This document shows, piece after piece, positions 11,416 through 23,984 of a stretch of DNA of 64,000 nt. Position 1 is the stretch's first letter. Every line of letters starts with the position of its first letter. The position numbers and the translations under genes were made by a program. This DNA is from Monocercomonoides exilis PA203. Taxonomy: Eukaryota; Protista; Preaxostyla. Below the pieces are notes generated by a model, which saw only the letters and a program-made list of their open reading frames with translations, did no database searches and was not told the DNA's origin. Location: positions 1,922,001 to 1,986,000 of the forward strand of contig LSRY02000001.1 in the NCBI GenBank assembly GCA_001643675.2, in the 5' to 3' direction.

Positions 11416-14400
11416 ATGCATTTGTTCCTTTTAACATGTCTGATTCTGGCAGAGACATTTAAATCTCAAGTCATCTATGGAACATCAACATTAAGGAATG
11501 AAGGTATTTTTTCAAATATAACTTTTAAATATAACTGTTTATAATTTTGTCAAGGCAACTCAAATGATGCACAATTTCCCACAAGTGGCAATAATAATTA
11601 TTTATATGAACATGGGAAAGCATCAGGAACGAACAGATGGAAAACAGGAACATGCACAGCGATTTATTCATTTTTGCGCTTTTCCAATGCTTCAGTTGGA
11701 CTGAAGAATGTGGCAGTCGATTATTCTTCCTCTCCATTTATTCTAATAACAGATAAATCGGATGTGGTGTTGGATTCGTGTGTTTCCTTCCAAAAGTTGG
11801 AATCTCAGTTTCATTTGCGAAGTGGGACTATCTGCCTCACAAGCATGACTTTGATCCCCCAAGAGAGTCTTAACCCATCCAGCATCATATTTGCATCTGA
11901 TGATTCCAATTCAGCCATTTTGAGAAATTCCATCATTACAGACCTGGCTGTCTCATCTTCAGGCTATTTCCTGTTATCAGGAAAGAGCAAAAGCGAACAG
12001 ATTGATAATTGTGCCTTCAGGAACATGTCTGTGAAATATTCCTCGAATAGCGATCATTTTGTGGAACATTCATGTTTTCGAAGTTCTATGGAGAACTGCC
12101 TCATTTATTCGTGTGTGAATGCCTTTGAAGGAGGGATTTCGAGTGGATCATATTCTTCACATGAATTCATCTGCAAAAATATGACAATAAACTTCGGGAA
12201 AAGAGAAGCAAATGCTCTTCAGAAAAAGGGACAAATTAATTCAACGGAAAGCCAATCCTTTTCGTTGTGTGAATGGGAAGATTGCACAGCACCACAAGGA
12301 GGAGCTCTTTATGTTCATGGCAATGCAAGTGCTATTCTCACAGTTGAGAATTCTTCATTCACAAGATGCAACGCTTCCTCGACAAATGGTGGAGGAATAT
12401 ATGCTCAAAGAATAGCTGAATGCATCGTGCATCATTCAACATTTGATCAATGTTCAGCTGCAGCAACCAATGGATATGGAGGCGGAGGAATAATGGTCGA
12501 TAATGTTTATACCCAACCAGTGGTCGACGATTGTTTGTTTAATAATTGTTCTTCAGCTAATGATGGAGGAGCTATGTATTTTTATCAACCAAAAACTCAA
12601 AGACAGAAAGAATGTGTTGTAAATTCCTTTTTTGACAACTGTCAATGCAATTTTTCAATAAATGGAGCAGGAGGTGCAATTATTATTTGGGATCCAGTGA
12701 ATAAAGTTATCGTTTCAAATTGTTTATTTTGTCATTGCCATTCAATGTGTGGAGGTGGAGCTGCTTGCCAATTCATAAATACAAATAACAATGGAATTTT
12801 ATTTTATTTCTGTTTTTTCCATAATAACACGTGCATGAAAGGAGGACATGACATTGTTCTGCAAAACTCAACGTCAAATAATATTGATCCAAGTTGCTAT
12901 TCTACAAGGCAAACATCAAATAGAGTCAGCACAAATTATTATTCAATTGTTGACAAAAGTGAATGGCTTCGCAAAGATTTTGGAAATGTGAGATTTGTTT
13001 CTTCAACTGATTCGCAGCCAAAAGGCATTGACACATATGCATGTGGGCTGGATAAATCTTATCCATGCAGCACGATCAGCCGTTGCCTCACGCAACTCAT
13101 TCCAGACTTGGTTCCCAATGTGGAAGTATTTTCGGGAACGATAATCGAAACAAATAGTTTTGATTGTGGAGTCAATGCTTTCACTGTTTATGGCCAAAGC
13201 AATATGAGCACAGCAATCCAAACAGAATTTAAAGCGTCTGGGCTGTCTCTATTTTCAGTCTCGACAGGCACATTGACTGCCAGAGACTTTGTTCTTGTGC
13301 ATGACTCGATTCATCCGAATAACCGTGGGTCAAGGCTGTTTGAGATAAGTGGAGCAGGAGAAATGAGTATCAGCCGACTGAACATATCTTTTGGGAGCGG
13401 ACAATCAACAGAAACAGCATTTTCGACAGAACTGATAAATGTCCAGAATGGGATGTTGCAGATGGAACATGTGAACTGGGCAACAACGATTTCCACAAAT
13501 TCACTGTTTTTGCTTTCTTCAACAAATGAGATTTCATTGACACTTTCCGAGTGTGCCTTTGATGGGATTGAGAGAGCAACGAGCGGAGCAGCAGTGATAT
13601 CGTTTTCGAATGACAAGGTCAACATTGATGTGAATTCGAGCACTTTTGAAGGATGTGGAAGCAGAACATCGGCTGATGGAGGATCGATGATGCTGTGTGT
13701 TGGAAACGAAAATGAAGTGAAAGTGAAAGGAGGTAATTTTGATGGGTGCTTTTGCTCTGCAACATATGGTCTTGGGGGAGGAATTCTTCTTCGATTGTTG
13801 ACTGAAAATCCCAATTTCCTGATTTCTTCTTCATTTGGCACAAATACAGCTAAATGGGGAAGAGACATCTTTGTCATTTCACCCAATCTGGAAGAAACAG
13901 CAAAATCAGAAAACATCACATGTGTGACAGATTCATTGGATTCTCTTGAGAAAGTGGGGGGATATAACAACGGAAACACGAGTGTGGCCATTCCTCTGTG
14001 CATCTATCTCCTCCCCACCCCAGAAGAAATATATGTGAGCAATTCTGATGCATCCAATCACTCACATTGTGGAATAGTCCAATTCCCTTGTTTGACTGTG
14101 AAGCACTCCCTCACAAGACAAACAGGAACAAAGAAAGTTGCTGTGAGTGGAATGATTTTGATGAGTGATGAATTGTCATTTGATGAACAGAAACATGAAA
14201 TCCGAGGAAATGATGATCAGAGTGGTTGGACAATCTCTGATTCAAGTGAAACATCCAATTCATCCATGATTTCAGCCAGTGTTGAAACAGAATTATCAAA
14301 ACTCATCTTCTCTCTTCCATCTTCCCTTCCTCTTCACTCCACTTTCATTTCGTCATCTTCATCATCAATGGCCATTTCTCAATGTTCGCTTTCTCTTCAA

Positions 14401-17400
14401 AATCCATCATCAGAATTGACAATTCTGTTCTTGTCTGTTGGGTCAGGGATCCTGATAATCGACAAATTCTCAGCTTCATCAATTGATTTGAGTAGAAATC
14501 CATTGATCTCGTTGTGTGGAAGTGGAACAAATACCGAGTTGATGAGCACTCTGTGGTTGAACATGACGAAATGCAATTTCACAAAAATCGAAAGAACAGC
14601 TGGAAGTGGAGGGTGTATGAGCATTTACAACAGCAATGATGAAAATACAAACACACAAATAAATATTGAAGAGTGTGTTTTTGATGGATGTTCTGTGCTT
14701 GCTGATGAAAGCAGAGGAGGGGCCATTGATGGTCAGTTGAAAGGGAGCATTCAAATGAATGTTATCTCATGCACAATTACAGGATGCACAGCACCAGCAG
14801 AAGAACGGAAGATTGGGTTTGGGGGAGGGATGGCACTGAAGCTGATTGATGATGATTCTTCATTTGTGATCTCATCCCCTGTTTTTGAAACAAAAAAGCC
14901 AAATGTTGCGAGATATGGAAATGTCCTGTTTGTTGAATCACCTAATTTGACAAAAAGCATCACAAACACCTCCCTTCCATTTGTATCTGGGCATCTGGCA
15001 GATATTTCGTTGGATTCGATGAGAGGCTTTGATGGGAGTGACACAACGAATGCCATTCCACTGGTCAATTTCTGGCGAGCGATTGGATCAGAGATATTTA
15101 TTGGGAGCGAAGGTTGTGATGTGTGTGTGTGTGGATTCTCGGATTATCCGTGTCTATCGATGGATCATTCGTTGGATCGATTGCCTGATGGAAACGAAAG
15201 GAATGTCAGCATCAAAGGAAAAGGGTATCTTCGGAAGAGTGTTGATGTGAGTGGAATATCGGTGAAATCGGATGAGAGCAGCATGTGCTCATTGGAATGT
15301 GTCTCATCGCTTGAAGGAGCAGAAGGAGCAGCAATGAAGATTTGTGGCATTACCAATTTCGAACTGATTATGTTTGTGATTCCATCTTCATTTGCAAGTG
15401 GAGTGAATGTTCTGATGCATGTTGACTCAAGCGAGGGATCATTGACTGTGAAAGACTGTTCATTCACCAAAAAAGGAGATGAGAGAGAAGAATTGACAGA
15501 TTATGGGCTGATAAAGGCAGAAGGAGGGACAGTTGTGCTGGAGTTGGTGACGATGCAATTGTTGAGCTTTTCGCAGGATGTTATTTCTGTTTTGTCAACA
15601 ACTGTGCTGAATGCGAAAAATCTGACGATGAAGAATATTGAGGTGGAGGGAGCAAGTGGATTGAGGATATCAAAGGGATCAGCTGGAGAGAAGAGAGGGA
15701 GCAATGAAGGAGAACAAAACATTGTTATTGAGTGGAGTTTGTTTGAAGAAGTCACCCAAGACACAACAGAAAACATCTCGATCATTCGAAATGTGAATGA
15801 TGCGGCATTGAAAATGGTGATTCGGAACACAACGATGAAGAGATGTGGAGGGTTGAAGTGTGGAAAGGGAGGAGGGATGTTTTGTGAGTTGAATGAGGGA
15901 GGAAGTTTTGAGTGCTCATTTTGCAAGATTTCAGAGTGTTTCTGCTCGACTGCAGGAAGAGGTGGGTGGCTGTTTCTGGAATGCACCTCGACAGCTGAGA
16001 AGCCTCTGAATTTTGTTCTGTCGAACATCACATTCAGAGACAACTCAGCGTTCAGAGGAAGAGACGTGTATATTCGATGCCTCTCAATCGAAACACAAAT
16101 TGTTGATGAGCAGTTCTTGCTGGATTTCAGAGCGCCATTTGTGAAAGAGCTGGCGATGTGGGGTTGTTCAACAGACTCGTTTGTGGGGGAAGAGGATCTT
16201 CTGCTGAGGGTTATGAGATTCCAGAGCGAGACGATATTTGTGTCATCGGTTGCAGACAATCGCGCAGACAGCAAGCAATGTGGAGAGTTGGACACACCAT
16301 GCCACTCATTTAGCTTTGGAGTGCAGCACATCATTCCATCTCTGTACTCACAGCTGCTGGTCTTGGGGCAAACAGAAATTGTTGGGAAATGTGATGTTCT
16401 TGATGTGACCATCCGCTCATTGCAATCTCCCTCAGCTGCTTTGGTGCATCTGAACTCAACAATAACCAATGAGGGAAGTGTTATCACAACATCAGAGAAT
16501 GTTCGGATTGAAAGTGTGAAATTCAATTTTGGTCAGTTATTTTCATATTCGGGGAGTTCAATCATTCATGAAGCAAGCGGACAACTTTCTCTTTCATTTG
16601 TTGATTTTTCATCTGTTGGCCAATCAGAAAGCATTGAATCTATTGTTCTGAATTCAACATTGCTGAGCATCGAAAATGGAATTCTTCATGTTGATAACTG
16701 CTCAATATCAATGCTTTCATTCAAGAAGCCTTCATTTCTGCTAAATGGAGATGAGATCTCTGTCACAAATATGAAACTGGAACAAATTGAATCAACAACA
16801 GATGTGTTTGAGATTGGACAATGTGGAAGTGTTGTATTTAATGGAGTATCTGCAGATGGAGTGAAATTGTCTGAAGGTTGCGTCATTGCGATAAACGATT
16901 TATCATCAGGAACTGTTTCTATTGGAATCTCCTCATTCAACAACTGTTCGAGGAATTCAGAAGGAGCTTCTGTTTTCTCAGCTTCTTCAACTTATGCTCA
17001 AATCGTTCTTTCAAACTGTTCCTATTCAAACTGTGATTCTTTATCTGACAAAGGAAGCATAATGGAGATAAGCAATGCAAAGGATGTTTCGATGGATTTA
17101 TGTCAATTTATTGGAACGCAAACAAAAGAAAGTGAAAATGAGAGAAACAGCGATTTTGAAGAAATATGTGAATGGTATGGATCGCTTGTCCATTCAGCGA
17201 ATTCTTCATTAGAGATGAAATATGTGACAATAATGAATTCTTCACAAAGTGGATTGTCAGTGTCTGCTGGCAGCGTGAGGATTGAGAAAGGGGAGTTTAT
17301 GAACAACATTCCATTCATTGAAAAATATCCATCAGTGAGAAGAAACATCATTTGTTCAGATTCAGCGTCACTGACCATTTCCAGCTTGAAAGGTGGAGAT

Positions 17401-19194
17401 GGATTGATGCCCAATTCTTCTCTTTGGATTTTGAATGATGGATGCAGTTTGAAGGGGATAGCAGGAGAAAGGTCATCTCCATTTTTCATTCCCAGACTGG
17501 AAGATGTTTCAGTGAATGAAAATGGCAGCAATGTTGTTGTGAAATTCAGGGGATCTCTTTTTGTGCCATGTGATTTGTCATTCAGATTGATATTCAAAAC
17601 GGGGGATGTGGAGTTGGTTGAGACATATCCATTCGAAGAAGACAGTTTTGTTTCAGAAACAGAAGTGATTGGAAGAGTTCCATCAGAAAATGTTTCAACA
17701 ATTGTTGACGAAACAGAGGTGTCAGTGATGATTCTGTTTGGGAAGCAATTGGCTGCAACTTCTCCGCAGATTCTGAAGAACAAAACAGAACCAAAGACTG
17801 GAAATGAAAAAGTGGTTGAAGGTGGAAAAGAAGAAAAATCTGATTGGTTGTTAATTGTGATTATTATGGCAGTTATTCTTTTGATTGTTCTGATTGTTTC
17901 TGTTATTCTTGCAGTTCGATGGAGGAAATCTGAGAGACGAACAGAAGAATTGGAAGAAATAGTGAATGATACAGTGAAGAAGGATCCGAAGTTAATTGAA
18001 ATGGTGACGATGGAGATGTCTCCAGAGGAGCAGTGGAGGAGAGCAGAAAGGGAGGCAGAGAAGAAGAACGAAGAGAGGATAAAGAAGAGAGTGTACGAGA
18101 CGAATATGCAGCATTCTGAGTCATCGGAGCATCTTCTTTCTGAGAGTGGTTCCACTGAATACATCCTGGGAAGAGATTCAGATAAGATTCCTGATTGGGC
18201 ACTGGAGAAGGTTGAAGAAGAAGAGATTCGAAAGAGATCACCATCACCTTCTATCTCATCCACTTCAACAACAGACTCAGATTCAGATTCAACATTTGTT
18301 CGGGGTGAGGATCTGTGTCCAACCACCTCGTCCATGTCGAATCTGGTGGATGCAATGGCCTGTTCATCTCCATATGAGAAGTTGATTGTGGATTTGAGGG
18401 ATTCGCTGTTCATGCTGCTTTATGGAAAGAACAAGACAAAGGAGATGGCGATTGGCTCCTTGAAGGAGAGGGAGCAGACAGCTGCCCAGATCCTGTTCTG
18501 GGTGGCAAATCTGGCACTCCACTCGTTCAATGAAACGGACAATCTTCTCTCATCTCTTTCCAATCTCAGTCCACACGTTGTGCTGTTCTCGGAGCACATG
18601 GTGATCTGCATTGTTTTGCACTCCGACTTCTCATCAGACTCTGGCAGTTCATCTGTCTCTTCAAGCTCCACCATGGTCACATCTTCCTCTGATGTTTCAG
18701 TGATGAGCGAGAGATTCACCAAGTCGCCACCTCCATCATCAGCGTTTGAGGATGATGAAGATGAAGAAAGAAAAGAGTGTCTGAGATGGAAAGCACCAGA
18801 ACTGATGATGAACAAGAAGATGGGAGCAACAAAGGAATCTGTGGCATTCTCGATTGGGATGATGCTGTGGGAATGTTTGACCTTGGAGATCCCATTTGAT
18901 GAGTATGAGGGTGAGGTGGCAGGGCAGAAGATAGTGAACCACGAACGACCGAACATATCAGCTGTGAAGGAGTCGAATTTCTTTGAAATCATCCGAGCTT
19001 GCCTGTCTTCCCAGCCAGAAGACAGACTGAGCTTGGCAGGGCTGAAGCGAGAGTTCATCCAGCGGTTTCCTGCAGGAGCAGCAATTCTGACGATGTCAGA
19101 TGCGATTGATCTGGAGGAGACAACAGAAGATGGGGAACACATGACGAGTGTGAATTCTTCAGATATCACAGGAACTTTGCTGACTGAGAAGTGA
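11416..19194 (+). CDS. Giant single-pass receptor-like protein (~2575 aa): signal peptide, Cys-rich beta-helix/pectin-lyase-like (GGA/FxxN) repeat ectodomain, TM helix, degenerate TKL/TK-like kinase domain; exons 11416-11503, 11555-19194
   Basis: Exon 1 MHLFLLTCLILAETF... splices through intron 11504-11554 in frame into the 2506-aa ORF. Repeated GG(A/G)I/M and CG....PC modules. TM WLLIVIIMAVILLIVLIVSVILAV followed by RWRK. Kinase subdomain VIII-IX remnant LRWKAPE...VAFSIGMMLWECLTLEIPF. Confidence 0.85.
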
Positions 19195-19645
19195 ACGAAG
19201 AGTTGGTGATTGATATGCTTTGGATATGGATTTATTTCACAAATATATGAATAATAGTGTTTTTTTATTTTGACTCTATTCAACAATTCGACTTGTTTGT
19301 CTTCTTCTTTTTGTTTCCATGAATTGTTATGTTTATATCAATTTCAAACATTAATTGCTTCGAAAGCAGAATTGGTCTGCTTGTCATATGTTGTGTTTAT
19401 GTATTTGTATTTATTCGCTTTGTATGTATTGCTCATGTTGTTTCAGTTCACATCCTGAACACAAACTCATTTTTTATTTTATCTCTATTTCGAACTTTCA
19501 GTTCAATCTTTTCTTTTTGGCATATGTATTGTGATTTCACATTCTGTTTGGATTATGAGAGACTTCGATTTGTGTTGTTTGTCCATTTTTTTCACAATTC
19601 CTTTCTTTTTTTGTTTTTCACAAATAAACTTTTTCTTTGTTGGAA
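18913..19645 (+). repeat. 733-bp 3' cassette shared, in inverted orientation, with 57667-58399
   Basis: Same length and near-identical from GAGGTGGCAGGGCAGAAG to TTTGTTGGAA, including ~450 bp past the stop codon. Confidence 0.9.
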
Positions 19646-21457
19646 ACAATAACAACGTTGAAAACAAACAACAAATCAGTTTTTCGTTTGAAACTCAAAA
19701 TACGAAAATTATTATTCCTTCTCTAGCCACAACTATGTCAGTTGAGCCAACAAATTGCCAACTTTTTAATTTCCCATGTATTTCAATTCCTCCTGTAAAA
19801 TGTTTTGTTCTGTTTGATATGCATTGTGAAGGGGAAAATGGTTAAAGAAGGCAAAATAACGAATGCCGAATCTGACATTTCTTGAAGAATGTTTTCAATT
19901 GAAGTCCAAGTTTGTGATGGTCTCTCATGATTGTCTCAAAATCATTCAAATATGAACTGAGGAAGAAGAAGGGAGTGGTGTAAGAATGATAAGATCAGAT
20001 TCTATTCTTCATACAAAAATTGTGAATGTTGAAACACTACAATGACTCTTTTGAGAAGCGTTGTTTTCTTTATTCATTTCGATTTGAAACATTCTGTTAT
20101 TCATCTTTTCAGATGGAACACTGGTGCGAATTGACAAAATGAAGGCGAAATATATGAGAATATCTGTTTTGTTTATTCAGATGAAACAACATTAACAGTT
20201 GAGAAAAATCAATTCTGTATCAATTATTTTCACACGAAAGAATAATGGAAATGACATGAAGCATATGAAAACTTTCATGGATATGAAAGACGTCCCTATA
20301 TCTGTTGAAAAGCACTGAGATATTGACAAATCGTTTGACCAGTCCCTAATCCCAAAAGCTCGCCTCACATCAATATGAATATAAAAAGATTCTTCATTCA
20401 GAATAGTCTTTCAAAAACAATCATCGATTCATCCTTTTCAACATGAAAAATAATTCAAAATTTCCAAAGGAGCAAATTATTTGAAACAACAACGAACAAG
20501 CTGAGGAAACGACATACATCCCTCTTCCGAAAACAATAGTTGATGAACTTTTGTTGTGAATATGTCTGAATCCAGTTGTTTGTTTCTCACCAACAAATTC
20601 CTCTTTCCATTCCTTCAATGCAATGATTCCAATTTTGAAATTGGACTTCAAAAAACAAATTGGAGCCTTTCGCGAATGAGAATCGTTGATTGAGTTTTTG
20701 GTTTGCATTTCTGGCTTTTTGAGAATGATGAAACATTTGTTAATTGTCTCAATTATTGCTAAGTCCTTCAAACAAAACCCACTTGAAATATTGCTGTCTG
20801 AAAAATGAGCTAAACATCAAAATTCTTTGAGTTGATATTGGTTGATGTTGATGATGAAGAATCTTAAGTTTTTATGTTAACAAAGTCGTTGAAAGAAAAA
20901 AAGAAATGATAAAAGATCAGGAGATTTCACGGTTTGAAAGTGATTGTTGCTGAAGTCAACAGGGCTTCTTCAAAATGTTGAATAAAAACTGGATGGATGA
21001 TTTTCTTCATCTTGTTTGTCCATAGAAAAAGTTAAAGTTGAAATTATTTGGTTTGTGAGAAAGTGAAAAAGAAAAAATGGAAAGAAAGAAACAAATGCTT
21101 TGTCACAAATCTCGTTGAGCGATGTAGAAAACTTATCAAAGAGTTATATTTTTCTCATGAAAAAGTGAAACCATCCTTTTCATTGTTGGAAATGTATCGA
21201 CCAAGATTGGAAAAAAAATCGCTTTCAAGAATTCACTTAAACAGCATTCATAAAGAAAGGACGATGAAATCATTGGTGATATATGAAAATTCTGTTGCAA
21301 AAAACGGAAAATGAAAAAAAGAAAGCGAAAATGGACATTTTGATAAATTAAAAAAAGTTGTTGTCATCAATTTCTTTTATTTTCTCTTGATAAAAACTGG
21401 TTGAAGCAAGTTTCGATTTATTTCTTTGGATCTTTGAATTTTGTTCTCAAAGAAATA

Positions 21458-23787
21458 CCCTTGGTGGAAAAAGCGGGAGTTTGTGGAAAAGCCGGTAGTT
21501 TGTGTTTTTCAAAACAGTTTCAAAAAAGAAAATACCCGTTTGTTCGACTTGAAAACGATATTTTATATTCGTGAATGCCTTGTTCCTGTGATATTTGAGA
21601 TTTTGTTTCAATATTTTTAGTCACAGATGTTTGCTTTGAGTTGTGAGTTCGTCTGAAGAAAAATCAAAAACCACGAAAAAGAATAACAATAATATTAAGA
21701 AAAAACCTGATATTAATTTGAAAGATGGATTTATTCAAAAAAATTATCTAATTTTTAGTTTTCTATTTTTTTCAGACTTTGCAAAATGATCAATTCAATT
21801 TTTGATCAAAAACATAATGATGGAATCATCAAAAAAAATATCTTCAAATTCTCTTCATCGACTATTAGCAACTTCCGAATATCGTCAGTTTTCATCACCT
21901 TCGCAGAAAGTTTTCGAAATAAAGAAGAAATATCCTTTATCGTGGAAGGTTGCCGTGGGGTCGCGTGCAATATCCAATGGAGCATGGGCAAGAGGGATAG
22001 CTGCTATCAAAGCAAAGCGTCAAGTCGGAAAAGCTGGACGGCCAACGATAATAACCAAGAATCAACTTGAAAAGGTGGAGAATCAAACAATCGCTTTATT
22101 GTCTGAACAAAAAATAATTCGACTCAAGGATATACAATCGATGGTTTACAATCTTTTTAATTTGATTTTTTATTTATTTAGATTATTTAGATTCAAGAAG
22201 TGCTAGATTCTGAAGCAGTGAACGAAGAAGAAAAAAAGAAAGTCAATTCAAAATATTCATATGATCTAATTAAAAGAAGCTCCATTTTGAAAGCTTCTAT
22301 TTCAAGGCCAATGGAAATAGCTAAGATTTGTGCACAATCCCCGGAAACAATACGTGCGTGGTTTGAAAAGTTGTCTGCCATAATCACAGCTAATGAAATT
22401 AATTCAACAGATATCTACAATTTCGACGAATCTTCCATCCGAGTTGGTGATGGAACCACAAAACTTGTCATTTGTTTAAAGAATCAATTTCCTCCTGCTC
22501 CTTCATCTTTACCGAAAACTGAAAATGCAACAATTTGTGTTTGCATTTGTGCAGATGGGTCACATCTGCCATTCTTTTTAATATATCCACGAAAAAAGAA
22601 ACCTTCTGAATTTTCATTTCTTTCTTCGTTCAATGTGAATTATTTAGGATCCACATCCGGATGGATTTCAACGGAAATATTTCAACAAATAATGATAAAG
22701 GAGTGGATTCCTATGATAGCAGAAAAACGAAAATCATCAACATCAAAGAAATCACTCATTGTTTTGGACAACCATCGAACGCACCATAATTCAGAAGTCA
22801 AAAAGTTTGCAGAACAGAACAATGTGATCATCGAATATTTCCCCCCAAATATGACACACCTCCTCCAGCCCTGTGACAATTGTGTTTTTGCTAGATTGAA
22901 ACAAGTGCTACAAAACTCTTTCGTGAGACCAGTTAGTTTCTCAACTTCTTCGTTCAGAAAAGCCTTGGCAGACGTTCTGCCGGAAGCTTTGTCAGCAGCT
23001 ACATCTCCTTCCGTTGTGAAAACAGCCTTCCTAAATACAGGTGTTTATCCTGTGGCTGCTGCACCTGTGTTGCATCGAGTGCGCGGTGCTCCATTATCTT
23101 CAGAAAAATCGACGTCATTAAATATGTCCTCTCAAAACATGAAGAAAAGCTTATTCAAAGAATTTTCTCCAAAAGAAAATCGCCAAATGAAGGAGAAATG
23201 CAATGAAAAGCATGAGACTGAAATGAGGATAAAAGAAGAAATTAAAGAAAATTGTTCTATTAACAAAGAAGTTGAAAAAGAAGAACAGAAAGCGATTAAT
23301 GAACCACTTTGTGTGAAGAAAAAGATAATAAGGCAAAGAAGAAAAAAAGATAGATGATGATTTTATGTATGGTAATGAAATAAGTTGTGTATTCAATAGC
23401 GAAGAAACCGAAACAAAGGATTCCAGAGCCAAGCTGAGTTCGCTGAAAAGAAGAATTATAGACGATGATTCAAATTCAGAGGAAATGAAAAAGACTGATA
23501 AATAAAAACTGTTTTTTTCATTTTTTAAAATCCGACCTTAAAGTTCAATTTTTTCTGAAATTTGTTCTTTTATCAATCAAAACATTTAAACATTTTTTAT
23601 CAACAGCTTGCAATAATTAATACGTTATATCTGTTCGTTTTCTCTTTTTATAAACTCAAAAATTTGAAGAACGTAATCCAAATGGAATAAAAAAGGACTA
23701 TTGTTCCAGAACGAAGATAGAAATTTACGTTACAGAATGTTTTTCACTACCGGGTTTTCCACGACCTCCCGGGTTTTCCACCAAGTG
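21458..23787 (+). mobile_element. pogo-superfamily (DD35D) DNA transposon, copy 1 (2330 bp), TA target-site duplication
   Basis: TA|CCCTTGGTGGAAAAAGCGGGAG ... CTCCCGGGTTTTCCACCAAGTG|TA; ~42-bp imperfect TIRs; encodes a transposase. Confidence 0.92.
21817..23357 (+). CDS. pogo-like DDE_1 transposase; exons 21817-22143, 22191-23357 (~497 aa)
   Basis: Motifs IYNFDES, SGWI, LIVLDNHRTH and HLLQPCD, with 35 residues between the 2nd and 3rd Asp. N-terminal basic/HTH-like exon with GRP. A 47-nt phase-0 GT-AG intron (22144-22190) joins the two ORFs. Confidence 0.88.
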
Positions 23788-23984
23788 TAAATTTCTTTTT
23801 CTCTTTGTCTTCTTGTCACGAAAGAATTTGTCTTCTTTCATGATTGCAATTTCATCATCTCTCTCAAGATTATTTCGGAGGTTTGTGTTTGATATTTCTG
23901 TTGTTTAACAAATTCTTAATTTCTATTTCATTCATGAACATGTTTCTCATTGAAAAAATCATGAAATGAAAACGAACACATATA

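Noticed and set aside
13003-19286. Long antisense ORFs inside the receptor gene (likewise 58026-63636 +)
   Set aside because: Shadow ORFs produced by the codon bias of the sense gene; no recognisable motifs.
19270-19845. Small ORFs conserved in both receptor 3' flanks
   Set aside because: Their conservation is explained by the DNA-level cassette duplication; several overlapping frames and Phe-rich AT composition.
19850-21320. Possible decayed gene or transposon fragments
   Set aside because: Short ORFs with no recognisable homology, TIRs or TSD.
21458-21500. pogo transposase as the mobiliser of family A/B MITEs
   Set aside because: Only loose similarity (GTGGAAAA vs GTCGAAAA) and different terminal sequences; a shared TA target is not sufficient evidence.
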